A stretch of 64,000 bases of DNA. Source: Mobula hypostoma (lineage: Eukaryota). The notes below the pieces were generated by a model, which worked only from the letters and a program-made list of their open reading frames with translations, did no database searches and was not told the origin of the DNA. The position numbers were made by a program, and so were the translations under genes. The stretch covers positions 170,378,001 to 170,442,000 of the forward strand of contig NC_086097.1 in NCBI RefSeq assembly GCF_963921235.1. The letters are read 5' to 3'. Shown one piece after another: positions 47,273 through 60,089 of this stretch. The first letter of the stretch is position 1. Every line of letters begins with the position of its first letter.

Positions 47273-48961
47273 GATTTCTACATCGGAGGTAAACGATGGA
47301 TTGCAGCAGTCTGTGTTTCATGGATACATTGATCTCTCCGGACAAGATGACTACGTTGGTAAGACCCAAGGGCTTCTTGATCCACGATGGACTGGACGTT
47401 TTTTTTGAGTTTCATGATAAATTCTTTGTGGTGCTCAGATGCAGCAGTTTTTTCGTACACTTGCTGCCCTGACCTGGAACATTTAATTTTTAAGTGCCGC
47501 CCATTTTACTCACCAAGAGAGTTCTTCTCCATGATCCTGACTGCAGTTTACATACTGCCAAAGGCTGATGTTAAGCAAGCACTGAAGGTATTGAGTGTAG
47601 TGATCACGGAACATGGAACAGCCTACCCCAACACTTTTCCAATCATTGCTGGTGACTTCAATCAGGCTTGTTTTAAAAAAATCTCTGCTCAATTATCATC
47701 AACATATCACCTACAGCACCAGCAGTCCCAATACACTTGATGACTACTATACTACCAGAAGGAATGCCTATCGTTCAATCCCTAGACTGCAGTTCAAGGA
47801 ATCAGACCATCTGGCTATCCTCCTACCTGCATAAAGAGCAAGACTACAGAGTGAGGAAAATGGAGATGTGTTTGCTGGAGGCAGAGGAGTGGCTACAGGA
47901 CAGCTTTGAGTCCGTGAAATGTTTGAGGACTTATCTGGCGATCTGATTGAATATGCTAGGTTTCTCAAGGACAAGTCAGCCATGGATAAGTATGGCTTCA
48001 CAAAATCATTTAGAGTCTACCTCAACAAGTAACCCTGAATGAACCGAGAGATCCACAATCTGCTGAGGGCCAGAACTATGGCGTTAGGTCTGGCAACCAA
48101 GTAAATACAAGCGATATGGGTATAACTGATGGAAAGAGACCTCACATGCGAAGTAGTAATTCTGGACCAAACTGGAATCACAAAAGGATGCTCAACAGCT
48201 ATGGCAGTGCTTCAATTCTATCACCTAAAGCTGAGCAGCATTTGTTTTAACAAGATTTTGCTCCCAGATGAGCTCAATGCCTGTTATGTCTACTTTGACC
48301 GACAAAACATGAGGAACCTTCACAAACTCCCAGAACCCTCAGTGATCCTGCAGGCCAATGAGAGAGCATCCTTCAGGAGGGTGAATGCATGGAAAATACC
48401 TGGGCCAGACTGGGTACCTTGTGCTGATCAACTGGATGGAATGTTTATTGAGCTTTTTGCTTCTGCAGTCTGAGGTACCCACCTGCTTCATAAATAATAA
48501 AGGCATCCATTATCTTGCGAGACCATGGATCTCTGCATCTGGAAAGTCTTCACTCTCCAGGGTGCAGGCCTGGGCAAGGTTGTATGGAAGATCAACAGCT
48601 GCCCATGCTGCAAGTCTCCCCTCTCCACGACACCAATGTTGTCCAAGGGAAGGGCAAGGGCTGATACAGCTTGGCACCAGTGTCGTTGCACAGCACTGTG
48701 TGGTTAAGTGCTTTTCTCAAGGACACAACACGCTGCCTCAACTGGGGCTTGAACTCACAACCTTCAGATCGCTAGTTGAATGCCTTAACCACTTGGCCAT
48801 GTGCCCACCTGCTTCATGCAGGCTTCTATTATACTGGTGCTCAAGAAGAAAGTAGTAACCTGCCTTAGTGACCATTGTCCAGTAGCACTTTCATCCACAG
48901 TGATGAAGTGTTTTGAGAGGTTGGTGATGAAACACATCAATTCCTGCCTGAGGAGCAACTT
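47273..48961 (+). mobile_element. Rex1/Babar-like LINE 5' part of ORF2 (APE to start of RT), inverted relative to 45996-47272
   Basis: CCPDLEHLIFKCRPFYSPREF..AVYI...[38 protein letters not shown]. Confidence 0.88.
48492..48803 (-). mobile_element. tRNA-derived CORE-like SINE with perfect 14-bp TSD
   Basis: TSD CCCACCTGCTTCAT at 48478-48491 and 48804-48817; A box TGGCCAAGTGG (48799-48789); B box GAGTTCAAGCC (48756-48746); CORE-like GTGTCCTTGAGAAAAGCACTTAACC; (TTA)-type tail. Confidence 0.88.
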
Positions 48962-50589
48962 AATCTTGAATGCCCCTTATCATCTTATATATCTCTATGT
49001 ACACATCTCTCATCCTCCTTCACTCCAAAGAGAAAAGATCTAGCTCGCTCAACTTTTCCTCATAAGACAAGCTCTCTAATCCAGAAATAGAAGGCTATAG
49101 CCTGGGTCCAGATAGATGACACTGGACACCAGGGTTTTACTGAAAATTGACTTTTTTGCCTGAATCTATGAGAGTGTAGAGTTGGTGGCTACCTGGGACA
49201 AAAGATGCTCTCCAAACAATTTATTTTCTGAAACACATATGGAAAATATTGGATTAGGCAACCTTGCCAGCTGTCAGTGGTTCAGGAGGGAACATCTACT
49301 GTTCAGCAGTTTAAAAGTACAGGCCATCACTGGCTAATGGACACCCTTACATAGGGATAAGCACCAACCATATTACTATATTGAAAAGTTCTACTTATGT
49401 ATTTGTTCATTGTTATGAACAGCAGAGCTAGTTTGTTGTCTCTCCACTTTTAGTAATTGTTCCTTGTTGGCCTTGTGTGCTTTTCATGCCATTCGTTACG
49501 TTATGTGGAGGTGTGGTCACCATATCGAGTGCATTTTCTCTTAAGAAAAGCAATTAATTGTAAATACAGGATATCTCTAGGTTACAAGTTCCAGACTCAT
49601 GGATACCACTGTGAAAGAATGGGCTCCCATGATATTATTGGATTCAAAATTCTGCTATATGTACGTACATTCATTCTTACAAATAGCAGAATTAGATTCT
49701 TCTCTCTCTTTCCACTTTTAGTAATTGCTCTTTCTTATCAGTCTAATGTGCATCATTACACCTCTGTGGAGGTATGGTCATTATATCAAGAGTCTTTTTT
49801 ACATACATTATGCTGACCTATGTGCAGAACTGGATGTCTATTAATCCGATCTCGTTCATTTTCTGGGGACAACCTGTGGTGTGTTCAATAGATTTGGTGA
49901 AACTGAGGAGTGTGGAAGCAAAAGTAGGTGGGTCAGATCCGCCTCGATCTTACTGAATGGCAGAATAGAATCAGAGATGTCATCACTGATGAGCATGACA
50001 TGAACTTCGTTGTGTTTGGAACTGTACATTGCCTTGGTTTATAGATAGGCGAGTGGTAGAGTCTTAGGGTTGGGGGGTGGGGGGTGCGTGGTGAAGGTTG
50101 TTAGAGGTGTGGGGTGGATTAAATAGGCCTGTGTAGGAGTGTAAAAATTGGCACTTGACCGTTGACTCTCTTCCATAGATGCTGCCTGACCTGCTGAGTT
50201 CCTCCAGCATTTTGTATGTGTTGTTTTTGATTTCCAGCATTTGCAGACTTTCTCATGTTTACATCCCTCCATTCTCAATATGCTTGAGTGCCTCTTAAAT
50301 ATCAGTATCACATCTGCTTCCATCATTTCCCCTGATAGTGTGTCCCAGCACCTACCACTCTGTGTTTTTAAAAAAATAGTTTAAACTTTCCTACTTTCAC
50401 CTTAAAGCTATGTTTTCCAGTATTTGATGCTGGAAAAATGATGCTGCCTACCCTGTCTACACCTCTCATTATTTTATAAGCTTCTATCACATTTCCCCTT
50501 GGCTTCTGGTGAAGCAGAGAAGGTAATTCCTGTTTTATTGGATTCCATTCCAACTGCATTGTTTTTCCAAGAAAACAATCGATGTCATT

Positions 50590-51290
50590 AATTCCATCCA
50601 GTGCTCCTGGTGCAGCCTCCTCTACACCAATGAGACTGGATGTGGACTGGAGGACCATTTCATTGGGCACCTTCACTCTGTCTGCCAGAACAGCCAGGAA
50701 CTACCCATGGCCAGCTATTGTTATTCCACTTCCCATTCCCACACTGGCATGTCTGTCTACTGTCTCTTCTATTACCAGGTTGAGTCTAGATACAGATTAG
50801 AGAAAGAATACCTCAACTTCCATTTTGGTAGTCTTCAATCTGCATCAATATCAATTTCTCTAACTTCCGGTAGCCACATCCTTCCCTTTTGTTCCCCCTT
50901 ATCTTTTGTTTTTGTTTATCCTTCTGGCCCCTTTACCCCTTCTCTTTCCACTCACCCTCCCTCACTCAGACCTTCTTCCCTCTGCTTCCCCACCTCCCTT
51001 GGTCCACGATCCTCTCCCACCAGATTCCACCTTCAGCCCTTTATCTCTTCCACCTATCCCCTCTCAGCTTCTCACATCATTCTGACTTCTCACCTCCCCT
51101 TCTCCCCTCATCTGGATTCACCAATCACCTGCTAGCTCATGCTCCTCACCTTCCCCCATCATTTTATTTTGTCTTCTCTTCTCTTTCTTTCCAGTTCTGC
51201 TGAAGGGTCTTGGCCCAAAACATTAACTGCCTATTCCTCTCCATAGAGACCTTCTGACCTGCTGAGTTCCTCCAGCATATTGTGAATGTT
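50590..51290 (+). mobile_element. Penelope-like GIY-YIG and 3' tail fragment
   Basis: STSHSHTGMSVYCL...RLEKEYLNFHFGSLQ; tail CAGTTCTGCTGAAGGGTCTTGGCCCAAAACATTAACTG...GACCTGCTGAGTTCCTCCAGC. Confidence 0.85.
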
Positions 51291-52461
51291 GAATGTTAAG
51301 AAGACTTTTACTCTACTGACCAAGGAGACAGGTGAAGAATCTTCCACTTCACACTTGCTGTCACTCAATGAAGCCTCTGTTAGCTCAACAGCATAGGCAT
51401 TGGAGGGAGTTCAGGGTAAGTTTACCAGACTAATAGCTGGACTGGGAAGTTTGTCTTATGAGGACAACCAAATGAAGAGACTTGACCTTAGTCCAATTCC
51501 CTCTACAAATGTTGCATGATCTGCAGCTTATTGTTTTGTTGCTGCAGTTATGAAAAATAGGAGGGAATTCGATTGAAAAAATAAATCCCTCAGGATTATT
51601 CCCTGGGTGGGTATGGAAAGGGTATTTCCTCGAGAACTACGGAACAGAGAGCTGCCCATTTAGTATGTTTGAGGTGAAATTACTTTCAGATAGTCCTTTT
51701 AAATTTTCTTCCACAAGAAGTAGAATCCACAAAGACATGGATATTCACTAAGCCAGGAGATGAATGGTTGCCAGCGATTATAGTTCATTGGAAGTTTCAG
51801 AAGATTTCATATGTCACCCAAGACTCCAGCAAATTTCTACAGATATACAGTGGAGAGCATTCTGACCGATGACATCACACCTGCTGTAAAGGTATCAATG
51901 CATAGGATCATGAGGACTCAGAGGGGGTAGAGACAACCAACACCATCATGGGCACAAGCCTCCCCACCATCGAGGCCCTCAAGAGCAATAGTCATCATTA
52001 AGGGCCCTCACAATGTGGAACATGCCCTCTTCTCATTACTACTATCAAAGAGGAGGTACAAAAGCCTGAAGATCCACCCCTAACTTTTAGGAACAGCTAA
52101 AACAGTAGACAGAATTCATTATTCATACCATCAGGTTGTAGCCTACCCAGGTAGAATATGAGGAGCTGTTTCTCAAGTTTGTGTTTGGCCTCACCCTGGC
52201 AGTAGAGGAGACTGAGAGCAGTCAGGTCAGTGTGGGAATGGGAAAGGGAGTCAAAATGATCTTGACCTAGCCCAAAGCCATGTGATTGTTCTTCACTGAA
52301 ATATAATTAAAATTGTATGATTAAGAATAACATAGCCAATTTAGTCTCATTAAGGCTCCACAAAAAGTGATAATAAACAGATTTATTTGGAGTTGCTGGC
52401 TGAGAGATGAACTTCAGCTAAAGGACTAGGGCAGCTCCCAGAGTCTTCTTCAAATTAGTAA

Positions 52462-53190
52462 TCATAAAACCATAAGACACAGGAGCAAAATTAGGCCATT
52501 TGTCCCATCGAGTCTGCTCCGCCATTCAATCATGGCTGACCCTTTTTTCTCCTCCTCAACACCATTTCCCCGCCTTCTCCCTGGAACCTTTGATGTAATG
52601 TCCAATCAAGAACCTATCAATCTCTACCTTAAATACACTCAACAACCTAGCCTCCACAGTTGCACGTGGCAACGAATTCCACAAATTCACTGCCCTTTGG
52701 CTAAAGAAATTTCTCTGCTTCTCTGTTTTGAATGGATGCTCCTCTATTCTGAGACTGTGCCCCCTTGTCCTAGACTTTCCCACCATGGGAAACATCCTTT
52801 CCACATCTACTCTGTCTAGTCCTTTCAACATTCGAAAGGTTTCAATGAGATCCCCCCCCCATCCTTCTAAATTCCAACGAGTACAGACCCAGAGCCATCA
52901 AATGTTCCTCGTATGACAACCCTGGAATCATCCTTGTGAACCTCCTCTGGACCCTCTCCAGTGCCAGCACACCTCTTCTAAGATAAGGAGCCCAAAACTG
53001 TTCACAATACTCAAGGTGAGGCCTCACCAGTGCCTTATAAAGCCTCAGCATCACATCCTTGCTCTTGTATTCTAGACCTCTTGAAATGAATGCTAACGTT
53101 GCATTTGCCTTCCTCACCACCGACTCAAGCTGCAAGTTAATCTTTAGGGTGTTCCGCACAAGGACTCCCAAGCTGATTTGCATCTCAGAA
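52462..53190 (-). mobile_element. CR1 LINE 3' fragment
   Basis: LYKALVRPHLEYCEQFWAPYLR...TRGHSLRI...VNLWNSLP. Confidence 0.92.
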
Positions 53191-54079
53191 AACCCTATTA
53201 GATTTTAAAATAGCAATGGAAAAGGAGTAGGTCAGGTCCACAAGTTAGGGTCCTTAAATGATGAAATTAGGCAGTGTGTGGCAGAGGATGAATGAAAAGG
53301 AATAACAAGTGGAAGGCATTTAGGAGAGTGATATCAAGAGTCTACGTGCAGCATGTTCTCAATCGGGGAAGGGTAAAACTGACAAATTTAGGGAAGCTTG
53401 GTTGACGAGAGATATTGAGGCTCAGATCAATAAAAAGAAAGAAGCATACATTGGGATTATGAGGTTGGGGATGAATGAACCCCCTGATAATTATAAAAAT
53501 TAAGAATACTCATAAAAGGGAAACCCGGAGGGTGAAAAATCAGTTCGACAGTACTTAGTTAGGTATGTTGATAGGAAAGATGCAGAAGGATATGGGCCAA
53601 ACACAGAGGTAGACCGGAATCTTAGTCAGTATGGATGAGATGGGCCGAAGAGCCTGATTCCGTACTGTATGATTTTATGATTCAATGATGTTTTTGAGTG
53701 CTGAGTGTACAGGAAAGAGCACCCATGGATACATTCCTACTGAAAGCAGTTCCAAGTTCTGGCAAAGGCTCTTGGACCAGAAATATTGACTGTTTCTTTT
53801 TTTTTTACAGATGCTGCCTATCCTGATGAATTTTTCCAGCACTTTTATTTCAGTTTTGCATCATCTGCGATGCCCCCTTTTACATTTCCAACTCAATGCT
53901 TCTGAAAGAAATAAAAATTTGCAATGTATTGGTGGGTTAATACTCAGGAAATGAGGAGGCTTTCACCCTTGGCTTTGAATGATCTCGGTATCAAAATGTG
54001 GAAAGAGGATAACTGGAGGTATAAAATGACAAGAAAAAAATTGAAATATCACAAATATATAAAAATGATTTAAAGGCTT

Positions 54080-54227
<148 letters not shown>

Positions 54228-56674
54228 ACACACTCACTCACTCACTCACACTCTCTCTGTCCTGGGCCGAAGAGTCTGTCGTGCACTGCACTGTTTTATG
54301 TTCTCCCTTTCTCTACATCTTAAAACATATTTTAATCCTTAACCATACAGTTGGTATAAAAGATTATTAGCTGAAACAATAACTCTCACTCACCTCCAAC
54401 CGATGCTACCTGCCTCATTGAGTTTTTCCAGTATATTCTGCTTTTATTTCAAAATTGCCAGCATTTGTTGCTCTTCACATAAATGCTTATACCTGCTTTT
54501 AAATAATTAATTCTTGATTCTCTGTGTGCCTGTGTGTACCTTACAAGAAAAGAATAGATTAATATTATTTAGCTGGGACATTTAATCTAAAACATTTTTC
54601 TGTTTCTGATTAATTGACTGCATATTGCCTTGTTTGTAGTTAGGTGTTTCTGACCTCTATGAAGTAAATGCTCATTAAATTACATGTAGAATAAAGTTTA
54701 AGAGAAACACGTAATGGGGAAAATGACATGGATTCAACAGAATTGCAATCAGTGCAACTGTGTCCCAACTTCAGAACATTTTCATATACTGTAAGCATCT
54801 TGGGAATTCCTGAAAGGATATGAAAAGCATGATAGAAAGGTGGGTCTATCCTCTTAGAATTTAAAATCAGTGCTGATTAATTAACCACTGTAAATTTAGA
54901 ACTCTTGTAACAGCTTAAAAATCAAATATTTATGTTTCATATTATTTGACGGTTGCACAGTCCCACAGCAATCCATAATTTGTTCCTCTGAAATTAAATT
55001 TATTCCAAAATTCTTGACATCGAATAGTTGTAAGAATTATAGTTTCTTCTGGTTATTGTTTTGATTCATATGTAAATCAGCCATCCCATCTCGTGGTTTA
55101 CCCAGAGGAAATGAGGATCGCTGAATGACAATGAAAAGCAAAGAATGCTACAAATCCTGGCTTTCAGAGTAACAATCTCTCTCTGTAGATGAAAATTTTA
55201 TCCACAAGATGTAACGAATAGGGAAAATTGGATCAGTCTGCTCTCTACCTCCTGTGCTCTTATCTTTTCTTCCATGTTGCTATTCATCCAGCATGGTATA
55301 ATTGAACCACTTAGCCCAGAAATCCTCCAACCACCCAGCAACAAACAGCATAATCCTGCATCCAGTCCAGCCAAGATATCGGACTTTATTAAAGAAGGAT
55401 ATTTTTCAACATCATAATTTGTACATTTTTACATAGATTTAGTGTGCATACACATGGGCATGTATACATAATATGTATGCATACTCAAGCATGAATACAA
55501 GCATGTATCCTGCATGGATGAGTGCGTGCCTTCGAGAACATACCAGACTTACCCAAACGAGAAGCCGTGGAGGAACCAAGAGATTTACAGTCTGCTATGG
55601 GTTAGTTCCATGGTATTCAAGACAGGTGATCCAGAATTGTATAAGAAGTCCAGGTACAACCTAAAGAAAACAATTTCGATTTGAGGTTGAAGATGGAATT
55701 AGGTGCCCATCGGCTCTGGCAGGGTTTACCAGCCATTACTTCTTCAAAGCAAAATTTAACATCATGAATGTCTGTGATGCTTCACTCCCACATTTTATGC
55801 ATGCTTTGAAGGGGAGAAAAAAAATCACACCTGTGAGACTCTCTGCAGCATCTGGTGACCCTGTGATCTCTGTCTCAGCTGACAACATCAAAACATCTTT
55901 AAAGAGAGTGAACCCTCATAAGGCATCGGGTCCTGATGGTATAGCTGGTAGGCTCTGAAAACCTGTGCCAACCAAATGGCAGGAGTATAGTGTATTTAAT
56001 ATTTGAGTACTATTGTAAATAGATTGTTTGATTAAACACTTTTGTTTGTTTACATAATTCTTCATGGGTTATACTGTATGTAAGTGGTACATGAATGGCA
56101 TTTATCATTAAAGGACCACGTCATATTTGAATGGGTCACTAAAAGAAAAAGTAAGTAGATAAGTCATCCCGTGCTCCTGTGATTTTCTTTCAATTAGTTA
56201 CTGGAATTACAAAACATAACTGTGGTGATGAGGAAGTTTTAAAACAAACCTGAGATGACCACCTAACATGTCGAACAGAAGCATATTTTTTTCTTCAGAA
56301 AGGGAGAGGGACACTCGAGTTAAAAAAAACACAACACGTGTTTCTTTGGAAGTGGAAACAGATGTTCCAGTACAAAAAGACAGAAAACAGTCAAAATTCA
56401 TGGGTTCATAAACAGTGAGTACTGGGTATTAGTGATAACAAATAAAAAATATTGACATAGCTGCTGACATTGGAAAGATAGACATCTTCGATTGTACAAT
56501 AGATAACTGGATGATGTATACTGAACAAATTGAGCAGTATTTTAAAGCAAATGGAATAGCCAATAAGAAACAAGTGTCAGTGTTTCTGAGAACATAGGTG
56601 GAAAAGCTTTATATGTTTGACTACTCCAACCATCCCTCTGAAATGTGCTTTGCTGATAATGTGAACATAATGAA

Positions 56675-57297
56675 AGTCAAAGTAAATTTATTATCAAGGT
56701 ACATATATGTCACCATATACAACCCTGAAATTAATTTCCTTATAGGCATACTCAGCAAGTCCATAGGATAACAACTATAACATAATTAATGAAAGACTGC
56801 TCCAACTTGGGTGTTCAACCATTGTCCAAAAGACATCAAACTGGTGCAAATACAAAAGAAAGAAATAATAATAAATAAATAAACAATAAATATTGTGTTG
56901 AAGAGTTGTTGAAAATTAATCCATAGATTGTGGGAACATTTCAATGATGGGATAAGTGAAGTTGAGTGAAGTTATCCTCTTTAGTTCAAGAGCCTGATGG
57001 TTGAGGGGTAATAACTGTTCTTGAACTTGACAGCGTGAGTCCTGAGACTCCTATACCTTCTTCCTGATGGCAGCAGTGTGAAGAGAGCATGTCCTGGGTG
57101 GTGGGTATCCCTGATGATGATGCTGCTATTCTGTGACAGCATTTCATGTAGATGTGCTCAATGCTGGGGAGGGCTTTACCCATGACCCATTACTTTTTCT
57201 ACTATTTTCCATACAAGGTTGTGATGCAGCCAGTCAATATACTCTCCACTACACATTTATTGAAGTCTGTCAAAGTTTTAGATGTCATGCTGAATCT
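56675..57297 (-). mobile_element. Rex1/Babar-like 3' end nested in the Mag-like element
   Basis: GKALPSIEHIYMKCC; tail TTTGATAATAAATTTACTTTGACTTT-like on the minus strand. Confidence 0.8.
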
Positions 57298-57956
57298 AGC
57301 TGTAATATGCAGCAGAAATTCTAGCTCCTCCATTTTACCAGTGTTGGGATTAACTGGTCTTTGATGGGTGTTGCTGTACCATCCAAGCCGAGAGCCAAAG
57401 TGTTGGAGGAACTTCGATACATGATGGTCATCTAGGCATGGTGAAAATTAAAGCATTGGCTTGAAGCTTTGATTTTTGGTCTCGGATAGATCAGCAGATT
57501 GAGCAAATTGTCACGCATTGTTTGTGATGCCAGCATGCCCAGAAGATGCCAAGAGCAGCACCTCTCCATCCTGGGAGTTGCCTGCATTTCCATGGTAGAG
57601 GATTAATGTGGATTTTGCCAGATCATTTATGGGCACAAATTTCTTGGTGGTAGTGCATGCAGATTCAACGTGGCCATAGATGTTCCCAATAATCTCCACT
57701 ACAGCCTGGCATGCTGCTGATGTGTCGAGGAGCTTTCTCTCAAGGACTGATGTTCCAGAACACTTAGTCAGTGACAATGGACCAGTTTGTTGCAGAACAG
57801 TCTCACTTAATCCTGAATAAGAAATAGTACACTTGCATTGTCCCACCCAGCTACAAATGCCTTGATGGAAAGGTTTGGTCCAAGTCTAAAGAATGCACAG
57901 CAAGCAATGTCAACAGCACACACTACACTAACACTGAATTAGAAGTTTGCCAATTT

Positions 57957-58584
57957 TGTTAGATTAGATTATTTATTTTTTTTTAGATTAGATTATGTAT
58001 AGCTTGTTTGACCTGCATGGTACACGATGGGCTAAATGGACTCCTTTTATGTCCTGAATTTTTCATGATTCTAGGTTAGATTAGATTATGAGGACACGCA
58101 GTCATCTTTTATTGTCATTTAGTAATGCATGCATTAAGAAATGATACAATTTGTTCCTCCAGAATGATATCACAGAAACACAAGACAAACCAAGACTAAA
58201 ACAACTGACAAAAACCACATAATTATAACATATAGTTACAACAGTGCAAACAATACCGTAATTTGATAGAAGAACAGCCAATGGGCACGGTAAAGAAAGT
58301 CTCAAAGTCCCTCGAAAGTCCCATCATCTCACGCAGACGGTTGAAGGAAGAAAACTCTTCCTGCCATGAGCTTCCAGTGCTGCAAACTTGCCGATGCAGC
58401 ATCCTTTAAGCACCTGACCACTATCCGACTCCAAGTCCGTCTGAAAACTTTGAGCCTCCGACCAGCTATCTGACACCGAGCATCGAGCACCATCTCTGCC
58501 GAGCGCTTTGACCCTGGCCCCGGCAACAGGCAATAGGCCAAGCTGAGGATTTGGGGCCTTCCCCTCCTGAGATTCTCGATCGCA
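57957..58584 (-). mobile_element. Unclassified non-autonomous retroposon with (TCTAA)n tail nested in integrase
   Basis: Flanked by CAATTT (57951-57956 / 58585-58590); integrase reading resumes after it; two TTAGA arrays with a short CR1-like 3' fragment between them. Confidence 0.65.
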
Positions 58585-58959
58585 CAATTTCCTCCTTACA
58601 TATTGAAATACAGCATATTCCACAAACAACAACTCTCCAGCTATGCTGTTCCTGAGTCATCCATGTGCTCACACCTGGATATCCTCAAACCCAATCTCAG
58701 AAGGAGTACGCAGGACAAACAGCTGAGACAGACAGGCTTCTCAAACAAGGGGGTTCGATGTTTTTTGTCCTGGACAAGCAGATCTGGTGAGAGACTACAG
58801 AGGGACTATATATATTTATGTTCTTATTTGAGTTGAGATGCATTCTATATTGAGCTGGAATTTTTGTTAAGCAGAAAGGAGTGAAGCATATTTAATATTT
58901 CAGTAATATTTGAATAATATTATAAATATATTAAACACATATTATAAATATATTAAATT

Positions 58960-59325
58960 TTGCAGCATTTAGAAATCCAAAGCAACACACACAAAATGCT
59001 GGAAGAATTCAGCAGGTCAGGCAGCATCCAGGAAATCAACAAACGGTCGATGTTTTGGGCTGAGACTCTTCTTCAAGATTGGAAAGAAAGGGGGAAGGTG
59101 CCAGAATAAAAAAGGGTGGGGGAGGGGAAGGAGGATAACTAGAACGTGATGGGTGAAGCCAGGTGGCTGGAAAAGCTAAAGGGCCAGAGAGGAAGGTATC
59201 TGATAGGAGAGGAGAGGTGGACAGTAGGAGAAAGGGAAAGAGGAAGGGTGCCAGTAGGAGGTGATAGGCAGGTGAGAAGAGGTAAGAAGCTAGAGTGGGG
59301 AATAGAAGGAGAGGGGAGGGCGAGG
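58960..59325 (-). mobile_element. Penelope-derived 3' UTR/tail fragment inserted in the 3' LTR
   Basis: Reverse complement of the tail (GCTGCCTGACCTGCTGAATTCTTCCAGC; hammerhead-like 59044-59081) plus pyrimidine-rich UTR. Confidence 0.8.
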
Positions 59326-60089
59326 ATATTTACAATATATTGTTCGATTAAGCATTCTTGTTTGTTTACATAATTCATTACCAGTTATATGTTAGAAGTT
59401 CATGACTGGCATATGTTATTACACTAACACATCATATGAGAGCGACTCATTGAAAGAAAAACTAAGTAGACAAGTTATCCTGGGATCCATGTGTTTTTTT
59501 TCCATTTAGTCTACTGAGTTTCAAAACATAACAGAGGACATCTTCCATCTCCCACTGCTGCAGTCAGAGGTTCCCACCTGCTTCAAAAGGGTGACAATCA
59601 TTCCAGTGCCCAAGAAGAGCAGGGTGAGCAGCCTCAATAACTATCACCCAGTGACAATCACATCCACTGTGATGAGGTGCTTTGAGAGATTAATCATGGC
59701 TAGAATCAACTCCTGCAGAAGCAAGGACCTGGACCTGCTGCAATCTGCTCTCTACTTGACCTTAGATCACCTGGATGATAGTAAATACCTATATCAGGCT
59801 ATTGTTTATTGACTACAGCTCAGTGTTCAACACAATCATACCTTCAGACTAATTGACAAGCTCAAAAATCTGGGCCTCAGTACCTCCCTCTGCAAATGGA
59901 TCCTTGACTTCCTTACCAGGAGACCAGTCTGTGCAGATCATAAATAACATCTCCTCCTTACTGACAATCAAAAATGACACACCTCAAGGATGTGTGCTTA
60001 GACCACTGCTCTACTCTCTCTACTTACATGATTATGTAGCTAGGCACAGCTCAAACACCATCTATAAACTTGCTGATGACACTACTGTG

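Larger units (their letters stand above)
55986..59533 (+). mobile_element. Internally deleted Ty3/Gypsy (Mag / K02A2.6-like) LTR element with three nested insertions
   Basis: 5' LTR ~55986-56221 and 3' LTR ~58882-59533 share TTGTTTGTTTACATAATTC, AAGTAGAYAAGT and CAAAACATAAC; PBS-like TGGTGATGAGG 56223; gag IGKIDIFDCTIDNWMMYTEQIEQYFKANGI ~56470; integrase GHLGMVKIK...HCL*CQ...FLVVVHADSTWP ~57425-57680; PPT AAGCAGAAAGGAG; no RT found. Confidence 0.85.
55515..60087 (+). mobile_element. Rex1/Babar-like LINE split by an LTR element (pieces 55515-55985 and 59534-60087)
   Basis: KRVNPHKASGPDGIAGR..KTCANQMAG | DIF...VPTCFK...PQGCVLRPLLYSLY..KLADDTT; the frame continues across the insertion. Confidence 0.85.

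Noticed and set aside
48740..48803. tRNA gene
   Set aside because: A/B boxes belong to a TSD-flanked SINE head; no full cloverleaf.
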